44,211 nucleotides of DNA from the NCBI GenBank assembly GCA_903889425.1, contig CAISXI010000325.1, forward strand, positions 1 to 44,211, in the 5' to 3' direction. This DNA comes from an uncultured Roseiflexaceae bacterium. Lineage in GTDB: Bacteria; Chloroflexota; Chloroflexia; Chloroflexales; Roseiflexaceae. Position numbers and translations under genes: made by a program. The notes under the pieces were generated by a model. The model had not been told where the DNA came from, made no database searches, and saw only the letters and a list, made by a program, of their open reading frames with translations. This document shows, piece after piece, positions 9,527-18,041 of the stretch (position 1 is its first letter; the number at the start of each line of letters is the position of its first letter).

Positions 9527-11326
9527 TTAGTAGTCGGTCAAATCATTGTACGCCGCACTATCTGATTCCACCGACGTGTTATTGTCTTGGACATCAGTTT
9601 GCGTTTCAAATTCGCCGTCATCATTATAGTCATATTGGAAATCCATTGAATCGTCTTCGCTATCGATTGCATCAATATCGAATGCGACATCAACATCTGC
9701 GTCGATCTCAATATCATCAGCAGAATACGCATAATCGCCTTCTTCATCTGATATGATGACGTCCAAATCAAAGTCGCCGTCAACATCTCCGTCGAAGCTA
9801 AATTGATCGGTCTCTTCATCAAAGAGCATGTCAAATTCGCCGTCTTCTGAGATATCAACATTCGAAAGTTGGGTTGCTGACCCTTTCAGGTTGGCGTTTT
9901 TTTCATCACCAACAAAAATATCCGGGGTGGTTTTGACTGCGCTCTTGATTTTCAGTGACTTGATCGTGTTACCAAAAAAGATCTCACTCTTTTTGGTCGC
10001 TGATACTGCCAATTTGTCGATCGTAAGCACTTTGCCGTTATCAAATGCACTCACCGAGTATTGATATTTTGGATCATTGTTCATCTGCAAAGTAACACTG
10101 ATGCCATCAGGGATGCGGAAAATCGGTTGCCCTTTTTCTTCCCATAACGTAGGTGCACTTTTGAACACGCGTACCGATGCGCCTTCAATTTCGTTAATCA
10201 ATTCCCCATCGAGATACCCAATCCGCTTACCGTCTGGGGTCACAAATAAGGTAGAGCCTTTGACCGTGCGATCGGCAACGACATCACCAACCGTCGACAC
10301 AATAAAGGTCTTGGTGCTTTTGAGGCCGTTTTTACCACCACAAAAGTCACATTCTTGTGGTTGCATGCGCGGTGCTGATGGGGTGATTTCGAGCTGATCA
10401 CCGGTATACAATGAGCTCTCTTCATCGGGGTTAGTGGATGCTTGATACGACCATGTTTCTTCTTTGAGGTCGACCTCAATGGTACGCAATTCGTTAGGCC
10501 AATTATTATCATAAATATTCAGGCCAGTTTTGCCATTGCCCAGATCCGTAATCGACACGGGTGTGACGGCATGACCGCCACTACCATCAGCCATGTAAAT
10601 TCCGATGGTATAAAACACATTGGCGTTTTGCCCTTGGCCCAGCGAGGCAGACAACAATTTGAGAATATCACTCGGCTTACCCGTAATCATATTGCTCATG
10701 GTTGGTTCTGTGCTCTGGGTAGCCCACCAATAGGCTATTTCTTGTTGGAGCGGCGTATTGCCATCAAGCGGCAATTCATTGGTCGTCGCAGCCCCAAAGG
10801 TATTGGGGTCTTCGATTTTGTGGAACATGTGCAGGCTGGCAACAGCCATGCCTTCACAATGCCCACCATCCATCGCCTCATTGATTTCTTTCATCCATTG
10901 GCGTGCCGGGGATGTGAGGGTGCATTTGCCATCTTTGATACGCGTACACACATTATCACCAAATAAGCGTTGCATATCATTGGCTTTGAGATTTGAGACA
11001 CCAGTATCATTGCCGTAGTTTTCAAATGAAAACCCATCTTTATCGACCAAGAAACCACTATCCGCAGCAAATTTGCCACCTGCAGCGGGGACTTTGGTTG
11101 GTTTTTTCTTGGGCGTGGTGGGAGCGAGCGCGGCATCACTTGATTCTGATGAACTCCCTGACGAATCATTTTCAACGACCACTTCAGTGTCGTCTACCAC
11201 TGGTTGATTGGCCGTTGTATCAGTACCATCCCCCATGAATGCATTCCACAGGGCAATCACGATAATAATTAAGACCGAAGATACCGTAATTTGTTTGGAT
11301 TTGCTACGATTTTTGTTTGACACCAT
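9527..11326 (-). CDS. membrane-anchored exported protein, paralogue of the next gene; conserved Cys/His/Asp motifs (putative papain/transglutaminase-like fold) and a polyacidic C-terminal tail
   Basis: ORF track, 599 aa. N-terminal TM ITVSSVLIIIVIALWNAF. Shares with its neighbour the blocks DGFSFENYGN, DMQRLFGD, GHCEGMAV, PLQQEIAYWWATQ, SGGHAVTPV, IYDNNWPNE and CDFC. The last 110 residues or so are dominated by D/E. Confidence 0.85.
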   Translation of the reverse strand: MVSNKNRSKSKQITVSSVLIIIVIALWNAFMGDGTDTTANQPVVDDTEVVVENDSSGSSSESSDAALAPTTPKKKPTKVPAAGGKFAADSGFLVDKDGFSFENYGNDTGVSNLKANDMQRLFGDNVCTRIKDGKCTLTSPARQWMKEINEAMDGGHCEGMAVASLHMFHKIEDPNTFGAATTNELPLDGNTPLQQEIAYWWATQSTEPTMSNMITGKPSDILKLLSASLGQGQNANVFYTIGIYMADGSGGHAVTPVSITDLGNGKTGLNIYDNNWPNELRTIEVDLKEETWSYQASTNPDEESSLYTGDQLEITPSAPRMQPQECDFCGGKNGLKSTKTFIVSTVGDVVADRTVKGSTLFVTPDGKRIGYLDGELINEIEGASVRVFKSAPTLWEEKGQPIFRIPDGISVTLQMNNDPKYQYSVSAFDNGKVLTIDKLAVSATKKSEIFFGNTIKSLKIKSAVKTTPDIFVGDEKNANLKGSATQLSNVDISEDGEFDMLFDEETDQFSFDGDVDGDFDLDVIISDEEGDYAYSADDIEIDADVDVAFDIDAIDSEDDSMDFQYDYNDDGEFETQTDVQDNNTSVESDSAAYNDLTDY

Positions 11327-11376
11327 GAGTTCCTTTCATAATCACCATGCACATACTACCAACCAGAATTACCCTG

Positions 11377-13746
11377 TTATTCGCGTAATTCTCCAATACC
11401 ATCATCCTTCGACAAGACCGCTGTAGGCGGGACGTATTGACGAACCGGCCAAGAATCGTCCGCATTTTGCGTAGGTACTGGCGTTTTGTCTATCGGCATA
11501 CGGTCAGTTTGCTCTTCGTTGCTGACAATCGGCGATGGCGTGATTTTTTGTTCATCACCAGTATCTGGCGTATTATTGCGCGTCGTGTCACCACTATCAT
11601 TACCATCACCGTGATCACCGCGGTCACGCGTAGGGCGCGGGCGCCCACCGTCACCAACGGGTGTAGGACGCGCGCGGTCATTATCACCACCGCCGCCGGG
11701 TGTAGGACGTGTGCGGTCATTATCACCACCACCACCGGGTGTAGGACGCGTACGGTCGCCATCGTCGTCGTCGTCGTCACCGCTACCCGGCGTAGGACGT
11801 GGGTTATCATCGCCACCCGGGGTTGGTCGTTGGGTATCATCGCCACTCGGGGTTGGGAGGGTGGTACCATCACCGCTCGGTGTCGGGCGGATGGTATCAT
11901 CACCGGGGCTACCTCCACCGATATCAGTGGGGGTCAAACCAAGCGTACTCGTAATCACCCGGGTTGCGTCGTCTGACGATGATTCTCCACCGCCATTATT
12001 TTTGGATGAGCCATCGCCATTCGACGAATCATCCTTGCCATCCCCTGCAGTTGATGAATCATCGGTCGGCATCAATCGGGTTGGCAATAGTTTGGTTTGG
12101 GTAGGGCGGGGGGGATTACGGCGAGCCACTGGCGTCGCAGATGGCATGACGATCGTCACAGTTGGTGAGATCGAGATATCTTGGACTAGCTCCGGGGATA
12201 GCGCATCGATAATCGGAGCCAACGACTGGTCATCCGTGGTGACAGTTGTTTGTGAAGAAACCGGCTCAGGCTGATTGGCGTCAGCCGCTGACACTTGGAC
12301 TTGTGCCGATTGGCCGTCACTGGTGAGCATTGCCAACGTCTTGGTTTGTTTATTTGCCGACGCAGCAACTTTGGCCCCTTTTTGCAAGACAATGCGCTTG
12401 ACAGTCATTTCGACATTTTGGTCGGCGTCACTATAACCCACATAGATATCAGGGCTCGATTGGGTACCACTCGCAATAGCCACCGTACTACCCACTTGGT
12501 CAAGTCGAATTTCGCTGGCAACAGTGGCATCAACGAGTAGATTTTGCAGGGCAACTACTTTACCTTTGCCAAACGCGGTCACATTAATTGGTACGTTTTG
12601 CAGGCCGGTAATCCGCAATGACCCATTCACACTCGCAGGCACCGACAACATCGGCATCCCAAGTGGAGACCATTGATCGGGGGCACCACGCAAAAAGCCA
12701 ATCTGGGCGTTGGGGATTTCGTTGTAGACTTTGCCTAGCACAATCCCAACCCGCCGCCCCAACCCATCCACGAAATATGCCGAGAACTGTTGGCTAATGG
12801 CCGTTGCTGCGGTAGCAGACGAAGAGAAAAAGAACGTCGTTAAATCATCAACACTTTGGGCAACTGGATTACTTGGACAAAAGTGACAGACTTGTTTTTG
12901 TAAGCGTGGTGCAGCAGCGGTTAATTCGAGTGTTTTGGAGGTACTATCACCATAATAAGTGCGTGGCACACCATCGACATTCGTCGCCGCATACGTCCAT
13001 GTATTTTTGACGGTATCAACGGTTATTTCACGTGTTTCGTTGGGGATGTTGTTATCGTAGATTTGAATCGCCACATGCGTCGCATCAATATCACGGAGCC
13101 CAATCGGCGTTACCGTATGCCCGCTCATAAAATCGGCTTGATAGATACCAATGGTGTATAATTGCGCCACATCGGCATCTTTGTGTAACCCAGCCCGTAA
13201 CATGGTGACTGCTTCGATGGGATCGGTAATCACGCGATGCGCCCGGGTAGGGAAGGTGGCTTGGGTGGCCCACCAATAGGCGATTTCGCGTTGGAGCGGC
13301 GGATTATCCGCTAATTGCAACGCGGCCACACTATCGCCGCCAAACATTTTTGGGTTAATTACGCCATAATAAAAATATTGGCTCAACACCGCCATGCCTT
13401 CGCAATGGCCGGTTTGCATGGCACGGTTGATTTCTTCCATCCAAATCCGAGCTGCCGGAATCAACGTACATGATTTGCTGGCAACCATACAGACCGCATC
13501 ACCAAACAAGCGTTGCATATCGCTATTGGTGAGGTTACTAATATCTGCGTTGGCACCATAATTACGAAACGAAAACCCATCACGTTGTGGATCAAACCCA
13601 ATTTGCACCGAGGCAAATTGCGCATTGGCATCGGTTGAAAATTGTACGGCCGTTGGCACCACCGTCGTAGCTGGTGTCGCACAGCTAGCCAGTAGACCAC
13701 ACATAAACAATATTAAAATGACGGTGCGTCGCCCCATAACATGCAA
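11377..13746 (-). CDS. exported lipoprotein, paralogue of the 9527-11326 gene; same Cys/His/Asp motifs and a long P/T/G/D/R-rich repetitive tail
   Basis: ORF track, 789 aa. Lipobox LLASC. Blocks DGFSFRNYGA, DMQRLFGD, GHCEGMAV, PLQREIAYWWATQ, SGHTVTPI, IYDNNIPNE and CHFC. Tail repeats RPTPGGGGDNDR. Lies 50 nt upstream of the paralogue on the same strand. Confidence 0.85.
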   Translation of the reverse strand: MHVMGRRTVILILFMCGLLASCATPATTVVPTAVQFSTDANAQFASVQIGFDPQRDGFSFRNYGANADISNLTNSDMQRLFGDAVCMVASKSCTLIPAARIWMEEINRAMQTGHCEGMAVLSQYFYYGVINPKMFGGDSVAALQLADNPPLQREIAYWWATQATFPTRAHRVITDPIEAVTMLRAGLHKDADVAQLYTIGIYQADFMSGHTVTPIGLRDIDATHVAIQIYDNNIPNETREITVDTVKNTWTYAATNVDGVPRTYYGDSTSKTLELTAAAPRLQKQVCHFCPSNPVAQSVDDLTTFFFSSSATAATAISQQFSAYFVDGLGRRVGIVLGKVYNEIPNAQIGFLRGAPDQWSPLGMPMLSVPASVNGSLRITGLQNVPINVTAFGKGKVVALQNLLVDATVASEIRLDQVGSTVAIASGTQSSPDIYVGYSDADQNVEMTVKRIVLQKGAKVAASANKQTKTLAMLTSDGQSAQVQVSAADANQPEPVSSQTTVTTDDQSLAPIIDALSPELVQDISISPTVTIVMPSATPVARRNPPRPTQTKLLPTRLMPTDDSSTAGDGKDDSSNGDGSSKNNGGGESSSDDATRVITSTLGLTPTDIGGGSPGDDTIRPTPSGDGTTLPTPSGDDTQRPTPGGDDNPRPTPGSGDDDDDDGDRTRPTPGGGGDNDRTRPTPGGGGDNDRARPTPVGDGGRPRPTRDRGDHGDGNDSGDTTRNNTPDTGDEQKITPSPIVSNEEQTDRMPIDKTPVPTQNADDSWPVRQYVPPTAVLSKDDGIGELRE
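11659..11910 (-). repeat. in-frame degenerate tandem repeat (two near-identical 39-bp units, then 30-45-bp variants) encoding RPTP-G/S-G-D-D units
   Basis: gggtgtaggacgcgcgcggtcattatcaccaccgccgcc (11659-11697) is followed by gggtgtaggacgtgtgcggtcattatcaccaccaccacc (11698-11736). More diverged units continue to about 11910. Confidence 0.8.
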
Positions 13747-13956
13747 CTCCTTATATATAGGTACTATAGCATCGTCTACGCCTATTGGTCAATTATTTGC
13801 ATACCCAAACAAACATACGCTCGTACGGACAGCATCTGCTCTGGTCTAGACGGCACATATGGCTGTTTTGTTCCATGACAGCGTCACGTACTTTTATAAT
13901 TCCCACATTGCCATATTTTGTGTAAGAATAGACACACGATTAACAAAGGAAATCAA

Positions 13957-15924
13957 ATGAGCAACGAACGACTCGAATCCCTCATAGGTGGCTCACCTGC
14001 CCTATTTGACATCATCTCAAAAGCCGCCGGCCCCAGTGGTGAGCTCCCCCTCACCGAAGATATGCTCCGCGATAGCCCCAGTGGTGATTTGTTTGGCTGG
14101 ACCCAAAACGTCGGCATGGGCTGGGAGCCAGCCGAGCTCACTCGCACCCAAGTACTCATCCTCAGCACCCAAGGGGGCATCCGCGAAAACGATGGCAGAG
14201 CCATCGCACTCGGCTACCATACGGGGCATTGGGAAATAGGCTTGCAAATGCGGGCTGCTGCCGAAACACTACGGGCCAACAACGCCATGCCCTTTGCAGG
14301 CTATGTCACCGACCCCTGCGATGGCCGTACCCAAGGCACCGAAGGGATGTTCGACAGCCTGCCCTATCGCAATGACGCGGCTATCGTATTTCGCCGACTC
14401 ATCCGCTCACTCCCCACCCGCCATGCCGTCATCGGTGTGGCCACCTGCGACAAAGGGCTGCCCGCCATGCTCATCGCCTTGGCTGGCACCCCCAACCTGC
14501 CCACCATCCTCGTACCGGGTGGCGTCACCTTGCCCCCTACTGATGGCGAAGACGCCGGCAAAGTGCAGACCATTGGAGCACGCTTCGCCCAAGGCGAATT
14601 GTCGCTCCAAGAGGCCGCCGCCCTCGGCTGCCGGGCCTGTGGCTCCCCCGGCGGTGGCTGTCAGTTCCTCGGTACTGCCGCTACTGCCCAAGTGGTTGCC
14701 GAAGCGTTGGGAATTGCCTTGCCCCACTCAGCCCTGGCCCCCTCGGGACAACCGATATGGCTTGAGTTAGCGACTGCGTCTGCACATGCCGTCCTCGCCC
14801 TGCAGAAACGCAAAATCACCACCAAGCAAATCATTACACCGGCCGCAATCCAGAACGCCATGGTGGTGCATGCCGCCTTTGGTGGTTCGACCAATCTGCT
14901 GTTGCACATCCCCGCAATTGCCCACGCCGCCGGCCTGCCGCGCCCGACGGTACAAGACTGGGAACGCATCAATCGCCAAGTGCCACGCCTCGTCGACGTG
15001 CTCCCCAACGGCCCACGCAACCATGTCACCGTCCAAGCCTATATGGCTGGTGGCGTGCCCGAAGTAATGCTCCACTTACGTGATTTGGGATTGCTCGATA
15101 CGTCGGTACTCACGGTGAGTGGCGAAACACTCGATAGTGTGCTTGACTGGTGGCAACATTCCACCCGCCGCGCCACGGTGCGCCAAATGCTCCGCGAGCG
15201 CGACGGTGTCGATCCCGATGATGTGATTATGTCACCCAGCCTAGCCCAAGCCCGCGGACTCACCTCGACCGTCACCTTCCCCCAAGGCAATCTGGCCCCC
15301 GAAGGCTCGGTCATCAAAAGTACCGCCATCGATGCGCGGGTGGTGGATGCTGATGGGGTGTACCGCAAAATCGGTCCGGCCAAAGTCTTTTTGCGCGAGC
15401 GTGACGCAGTGCGGGCCATCAAAGGCCAAGGCGACAAACAAGTGGTCCCCGGCGACATCATCGTGTTGATTTGTGGTGGGCCGCTTGGGACGGGTATGGA
15501 AGAAACCTACCAAGTCACGTCAGCGCTCAAACATCTCCGTTGGGGACGCGAAGTGGCGGTGATTACCGACGCCCGCTTTTCGGGGGTGAGTACCGGCGCC
15601 TGTATCGGCCATGTGGGACCTGAAGCCTTGGCTGGCGGACCGATTGGCAAAGTACGCGATGGTGACATGATCGAAATCATCGTTGACCGCAATAATTTGG
15701 TGGGCAGTGTCAATTTGATTGGCGAAAACAACGTCGCCGTTGATTGGCAAACCGGCGCTACCATCCTGGCTGCCCGTGGCATGCGTACTGACTTACAAGC
15801 CCATCCCAATTTACCCGACGACACTCGTTTGTGGGCGGCGTTGCAACACGTCAGTGGCGGCACTTGGGGTGGCTGTGTCTATGATGCCGACAGCATCATC
15901 GCCCGCCTGAACAACCCGCAATAA
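13957..15924 (+). CDS. yjhG: IlvD/Edd-superfamily dehydratase of the YjhG/YagF D-xylonate dehydratase type
   Basis: Near end-to-end resemblance, from memory, to E. coli YjhG. Shared blocks: [17 protein letters not shown]...[122 protein letters not shown] 13957 is preceded by aaagga; the track's TTG at 13918 is less likely. Confidence 0.9.
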   Translation: MSNERLESLIGGSPALFDIISKAAGPSGELPLTEDMLRDSPSGDLFGWTQNVGMGWEPAELTRTQVLILSTQGGIRENDGRAIALGYHTGHWEIGLQMRAAAETLRANNAMPFAGYVTDPCDGRTQGTEGMFDSLPYRNDAAIVFRRLIRSLPTRHAVIGVATCDKGLPAMLIALAGTPNLPTILVPGGVTLPPTDGEDAGKVQTIGARFAQGELSLQEAAALGCRACGSPGGGCQFLGTAATAQVVAEALGIALPHSALAPSGQPIWLELATASAHAVLALQKRKITTKQIITPAAIQNAMVVHAAFGGSTNLLLHIPAIAHAAGLPRPTVQDWERINRQVPRLVDVLPNGPRNHVTVQAYMAGGVPEVMLHLRDLGLLDTSVLTVSGETLDSVLDWWQHSTRRATVRQMLRERDGVDPDDVIMSPSLAQARGLTSTVTFPQGNLAPEGSVIKSTAIDARVVDADGVYRKIGPAKVFLRERDAVRAIKGQGDKQVVPGDIIVLICGGPLGTGMEETYQVTSALKHLRWGREVAVITDARFSGVSTGACIGHVGPEALAGGPIGKVRDGDMIEIIVDRNNLVGSVNLIGENNVAVDWQTGATILAARGMRTDLQAHPNLPDDTRLWAALQHVSGGTWGGCVYDADSIIARLNNPQ

Positions 15925-15931
15925 CATAAAA

Positions 15932-15966
15932 AATCGGGGTGTGGCAGAAGTTGCCACACCCCGATT
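15932..15966. terminator. bidirectional intrinsic terminator hairpin
   Basis: 15-bp stem aatcggggtgtggca / tgccacaccccgatt with a 5-nt loop, between convergent stops 15924 (+) and 15982 (-). The flanking A-run gives a U-tract for the minus-strand transcript. Confidence 0.7.
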
Positions 15967-15981
15967 ACTTCCCAGCTCTAT

Positions 15982-16941
15982 TTAGCGTTTGGAGGCACGA
16001 TAGCCGGCTTGCTCGGCTGCTGCAGGGGTATCAAAACAAATCACCGCACTATTGCGGGTCATGGCATAAAAGGCCCCTGTGGGCAGATGATAAATCATCG
16101 TTTTGGCGTTGGCTTTGACTTGCCCGTCTTGACACGGGAAGCTCGGCACGGGGGTCTCTGTTAATGCCGCCGTGATTTGCACCACTTGCACAATCACGAC
16201 TGCCGTCGGCGTGCTATTGACGGTATCAGTCACCGCCACTACTTGGGTTGTGGTAGGTGCAGATGCGACGGGTAGGGGTGTCACACTTGCCGTATGCACC
16301 ACACTGCCGCCCTTAGTGCGGAGCGTTGGGGCGGGGATGGTTGCCGTAGGTGCAGCTGCCGCCTGTGCCGGGATGAGCTGCCAAAAATAGATTCCAATTA
16401 CGAAGATAGCAATCAGTAAACTCGCACCAGCAATCATATAGAGCACCGGTGATTTGGTTGGTACTTGGACAGGGACTTGATACCGTTGCATACGCATTTC
16501 GTCACGCAAGGCGACTACTCGATCGACGTTACTCGCCCGGATAGCAGTCAACAAGCGGGCAATATTGTCGGCGAGTCGGTCTACATCATCGGCCGAAAGT
16601 GGGGCTTGATGCGCCCAACGATTACGAATCGTGCGTAGTTCAAACAGCAGACTGCGCTCGTTGGGCGTTAATACCCGACTAAACGTCGAATCCCAGTGCG
16701 CCAAAATCACGCGTACCAAGGCAGTCGCATCGAGTTGAGCCTGTTGACTGTCAACAGGCAAGCGCACCTCGGGAGTATTGCGGAGCACACTATACCACTC
16801 GGTGCCATGGGTTGTTTTGAGCACCGCCATCACAAATGGGGCATATCCCTGGCGGAATTCCGCGAGGAGTTGATCTATTTGAATGCGTCGCACCGGATCA
16901 CTGGTCATACCAAGCATCTCCTCGTGGCGATGATACTGCAC
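15982..16941 (-). CDS. single-pass membrane protein: cytoplasmic Swt1-like HEPN domain, TM helix, T/P/A/V-rich linker, C-terminal sunset-like domain
   Basis: ORF track, 319 aa. HEPN Rx4-6H motif in LLFELRTIRNRWAHQAPLSADDVDRLADNIARLL (codons at 16606-16626). TM VLYMIAGASLLIAIFVIGIYFWQLI is preceded by R/K residues, placing the N-terminus inside. The C-terminus CQDGQVKANAKTMIYHLPTGAFYAMTRNSAVICFDTPAAAEQAGYRASKR resembles the sunset domain consensus. The likelier start is ATG 16908 (MTSDPV), 9 nt after gaggag; the track start at 16941 is GTG. Confidence 0.8.
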   Translation of the reverse strand: MQYHRHEEMLGMTSDPVRRIQIDQLLAEFRQGYAPFVMAVLKTTHGTEWYSVLRNTPEVRLPVDSQQAQLDATALVRVILAHWDSTFSRVLTPNERSLLFELRTIRNRWAHQAPLSADDVDRLADNIARLLTAIRASNVDRVVALRDEMRMQRYQVPVQVPTKSPVLYMIAGASLLIAIFVIGIYFWQLIPAQAAAAPTATIPAPTLRTKGGSVVHTASVTPLPVASAPTTTQVVAVTDTVNSTPTAVVIVQVVQITAALTETPVPSFPCQDGQVKANAKTMIYHLPTGAFYAMTRNSAVICFDTPAAAEQAGYRASKR

Positions 16942-17003
16942 ATCACATCAATTGTCGGTGTAGTGATTCACGGCTGTGCAGGGAGTTTTTTTCAATACAT
17001 CCA

Positions 17004-17900
17004 TCATACACTCTGCTCATGAAAACGATTACGAAACGCGGCATACACGGGAGTCATTGGGGCAATATCGGGTATCGCAAAATCGATAATCGCAAATGCG
17101 CGTGTGGCGCGGGACTCTAACGCCACTTGAAAAGCGGTGGCAATTAATTCCGGAGTGTGACCAAATTCCCCCGTCCCCCACGCACCAAGAATCAACACAT
17201 TGGCATTGGTCGTAGCTGCCGCTTCGATGATCCGGGTTGCACGGCGTGCCATTTGGAGCGGGATTTCGGCTTCACGCTGCGGCATATATAACTGCACATT
17301 CGTGGCATGCACCGCTGCGGCACTAACCATAGCATAGTGCAACGGCGTTTCGAGCAAATCACCTTCATGCCCACGAAATACCGGTACGTGGGGAGTAACA
17401 ATCACGGTATCGTCATAAAATGGATTGGTGCGATGGGTACGATTGCGATACCACGAATGGGAGCCGAGGCAATGCATTAATCCAGATGACCGTGCCAAAG
17501 CAGCTTCTTGGGATTGCACGCCGTGCAACCACCCACCACCCAGATTGCGCGGGTTGGTAAAATTCAACACCGCCACCCGATAGCCCCGCCGTTGCCGCGC
17601 ATGTGCGACCATTAATGCGGTTTGATTGTGGACAAAGGTCATTGCTTGCGAGTATTTGGCTGTCCCTTGTGGAATCACCGAATCGGGTCGAAACGTCACC
17701 ATCTGCGCATGCGCTTGGTGTAACGACTCTTGTATATCGTGCTCCGTACCCGCTTCGGTAATATAACTTCCGCGCGTAATAATTTGCTGCGTCGCACGGC
17801 CAACCATTTCTGCCGCATCTATATCCATTAAAAAATCTTCTTTGGTAAGCACCGGAAGACTCAATGTTAACTTACGCCGCATACTTACTCCGACATTCAT
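17004..17900 (-). CDS. TIGR02452/DUF2263-type macrodomain protein (bacterial PARG-like)
   Basis: ORF track, 298 aa. Blocks VAVLNFTNPRNLGGGWLHGVQSQEAALARSSGL, TPHVPVFR and VLILGAWGTGEFGHTPELIA match the family pattern LNFAS..PGGG....G..AQEE / LGAWGCGVFGN as I remember it. The alternative start ATG 17882 (MRRKL) has a better SD (ggag). The stop lies 62 nt upstream of the HEPN gene on the same strand. Confidence 0.8.
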   Translation of the reverse strand: MNVGVSMRRKLTLSLPVLTKEDFLMDIDAAEMVGRATQQIITRGSYITEAGTEHDIQESLHQAHAQMVTFRPDSVIPQGTAKYSQAMTFVHNQTALMVAHARQRRGYRVAVLNFTNPRNLGGGWLHGVQSQEAALARSSGLMHCLGSHSWYRNRTHRTNPFYDDTVIVTPHVPVFRGHEGDLLETPLHYAMVSAAAVHATNVQLYMPQREAEIPLQMARRATRIIEAAATTNANVLILGAWGTGEFGHTPELIATAFQVALESRATRAFAIIDFAIPDIAPMTPVYAAFRNRFHEQSV

Positions 17901-17952
17901 TGAAGTGATCCCACATGGCTCGCCCCGGTTACACTATAAACTGCATCATATC

Positions 17953-17988
17953 GTTTTCTCACGACCACATATGTGGTCGTGAGAAAAC
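17953..17988. promoter_or_regulatory. 36-bp perfect palindrome, candidate shared operator between divergent genes
   Basis: gttttctcacgaccacat|atgtggtcgtgagaaaac, exact reverse complement and centred on catatg. It lies between divergent starts 17900 (-) and 18042 (+). It abuts the TGgTATAAT element on the plus side and lies just upstream of a tatagt -10-like hexamer (17933-17938) on the minus side. Confidence 0.6.
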
Positions 17989-17990
17989 TT

Positions 17991-17999
17991 TGGTATAAT
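17991..17999 (+). promoter_or_regulatory. extended -10 promoter element TGgTATAAT for the HDAC-fold gene
   Basis: tggtataat lies 43 nt upstream of ATG 18042. The SD gaggggg sits 8 nt before the ATG. Confidence 0.5.
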
Positions 18000-18041
18000 T
18001 AACGTATTACGCTAGATTATATTGTAGAGGGGGAAATTCAA

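Noticed and set aside
11437-12274. Plus- and minus-strand ORFs (179, 142 and 187 aa) rich in R/T/V or P/G/S.
   Set aside because: They overlap the low-complexity tail of the 789-aa lipoprotein gene in other frames. The repeats keep several frames open by chance.
13918-13956. TTG start extending the dehydratase by 13 codons.
   Set aside because: ATG 13957 is preceded by an aaagga SD, and its N-terminus aligns with YjhG-type proteins.
17953-17988. The 36-bp palindrome read as a Rho-independent terminator.
   Set aside because: It lies between two divergent gene starts, not after a gene end, and has no flanking T-tract on either strand. An operator or UTR structure is more plausible.
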